A DNA stretch of 64,000 bases, from assembly GCF_009914755.1 (NCBI RefSeq), contig NC_060945.1; one strand, given 5' to 3'. Below are positions 62,939-64,000 of this stretch, one piece after another (positions within the stretch are counted from its first letter, which is position 1; every line of letters starts with the position of its first letter). Position numbers and translations under genes: made by a program. The DNA is from the human T2T-CHM13v2.0 reference genome, Homo sapiens. The notes under the pieces are model-generated. The model searched no databases, was not told the DNA's origin, and worked only from the letters and a program-made list of their open reading frames with translations.

Positions 62939-63084
62939 AAAAGTAGTGGTAGAATTCACACCCAGAGCCTGCACTTTTATCCATGTTACTATGCTGCCTC
63001 ACTAAGCATACATGCACTATTATGAGACAAGGTTCTAAATCTATGTAGGCAGGTTCTGCTGTCTCTGTCTTGCAAGTTGGAATC

Positions 63085-63240
63085 AGTCAGCTACTCAAAG
63101 TATGGTCCATGGACCAGAAACAGTATGAGTAATACTTGACAGCTGGTTAGAAATGCAGAATCTCAGCTCCCACCCAAGAATCTGCATTTTAATAAAATTC
63201 CCAGGAATGAATGTCACAATAAAATATGATAAATGCTGAT
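63085..63240. mobile_element. MER5A-like
   Basis: ctactcaaagtatggtccatggacc...gttagaaatgcagaatctcag...tctgcattttaa. Confidence 0.7.
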
Positions 63241-64000
63241 TTAACACATGGTCATGGACGCATATGCTTCATGAATAATCAAGATCAAAGAGCTATGAAT
63301 TAGAAATGAAAAAAAGCATCCACTTCCAATTCTATTTTCCAGATTGGAAAGACAAGAGTATCCACTTATTTTCCTTGTCTCTTGGAGATCAGAGGGGTAG
63401 AAACAATGTGTTGTAACTACAATGGTTTACTGTAAAACATTCTAGGACTTGCTCTAGTCACTAAATATCACCCTTTGATAGAGCAGCTTACACCTCATTG
63501 CTAGTCACGCCGACCTCTTGTTCACAATCCAATAGCATGTTCATTGAACAAATAAACATTAGGGCCTATTTGTCTTCATTAAGGACTGTATGCTTGTAGG
63601 GGAAAAAATGACACATTGTGCTTATCTTGACTTCCCTGTTCCAAGATCCCATTATTGTCTTATCACCCTTTTGATGAGTGACATTGACCATTAACCATAT
63701 CAGTAAACATCACAGCTTCCTAAACACAAGTTCTCATCATAATTAAGGGAGGAATATAACACTTATGGATGCTGCTTAGCCGGTAATTCAATGTCATGGT
63801 CTCTTCTCCACACTGTTGCGAAACCCAGTAGCAGTGAACCAGAACATCCAAGAAGTAATGGAAATGAATAATGATATTTCAAGATGGTGGATGATGTAGG
63901 TAGAACAACCACTTGTGCATTTGAGACACATTCTCCCCAGTGAACACTAAGGTTTTTGACAGGCTGGTTTATGAATAAATTCATGACATGAGACATTTCC

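Overview
Primate (most likely human) non-coding DNA: intergenic or deep intronic, roughly half interspersed repeats. No protein-coding gene can be supported. The listed ORFs are Alu-derived, broken L1 ORF1/ORF2 pieces or chance ORFs. Content: about 20 Alus, a near-full-length but 3'-truncated old L1M/L1MA (10.3-16.3 kb), many MaLR/ERV LTRs (MLT1, MST, THE1, MER21, MER31, LTR16), MER5/MER8/MER20 DNA elements, MIR/L2, and a Ricksha Mutator-like element carrying an MLT2B LTR piece. The clearest highlight is a U3 snoRNA-L1 chimeric retrocopy (28219-31583) bounded by a single TSD, with microhomology at the junction. Also notable are several local-copying scars: a ~50-bp templated insert in Ricksha, a 181-bp displaced copy of an MLT1 end, a ~345-bp tandem duplication, a 79-bp near-perfect palindrome, an in-Alu inversion and a collapsed 64-bp Alu. 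A cluster of CpG-retaining unique segments (32-39 kb) looks like enhancers, one of them with serial hairpins. Repeat subfamily names and most boundaries come from recalled consensus sequences, were judged by eye and are approximate.
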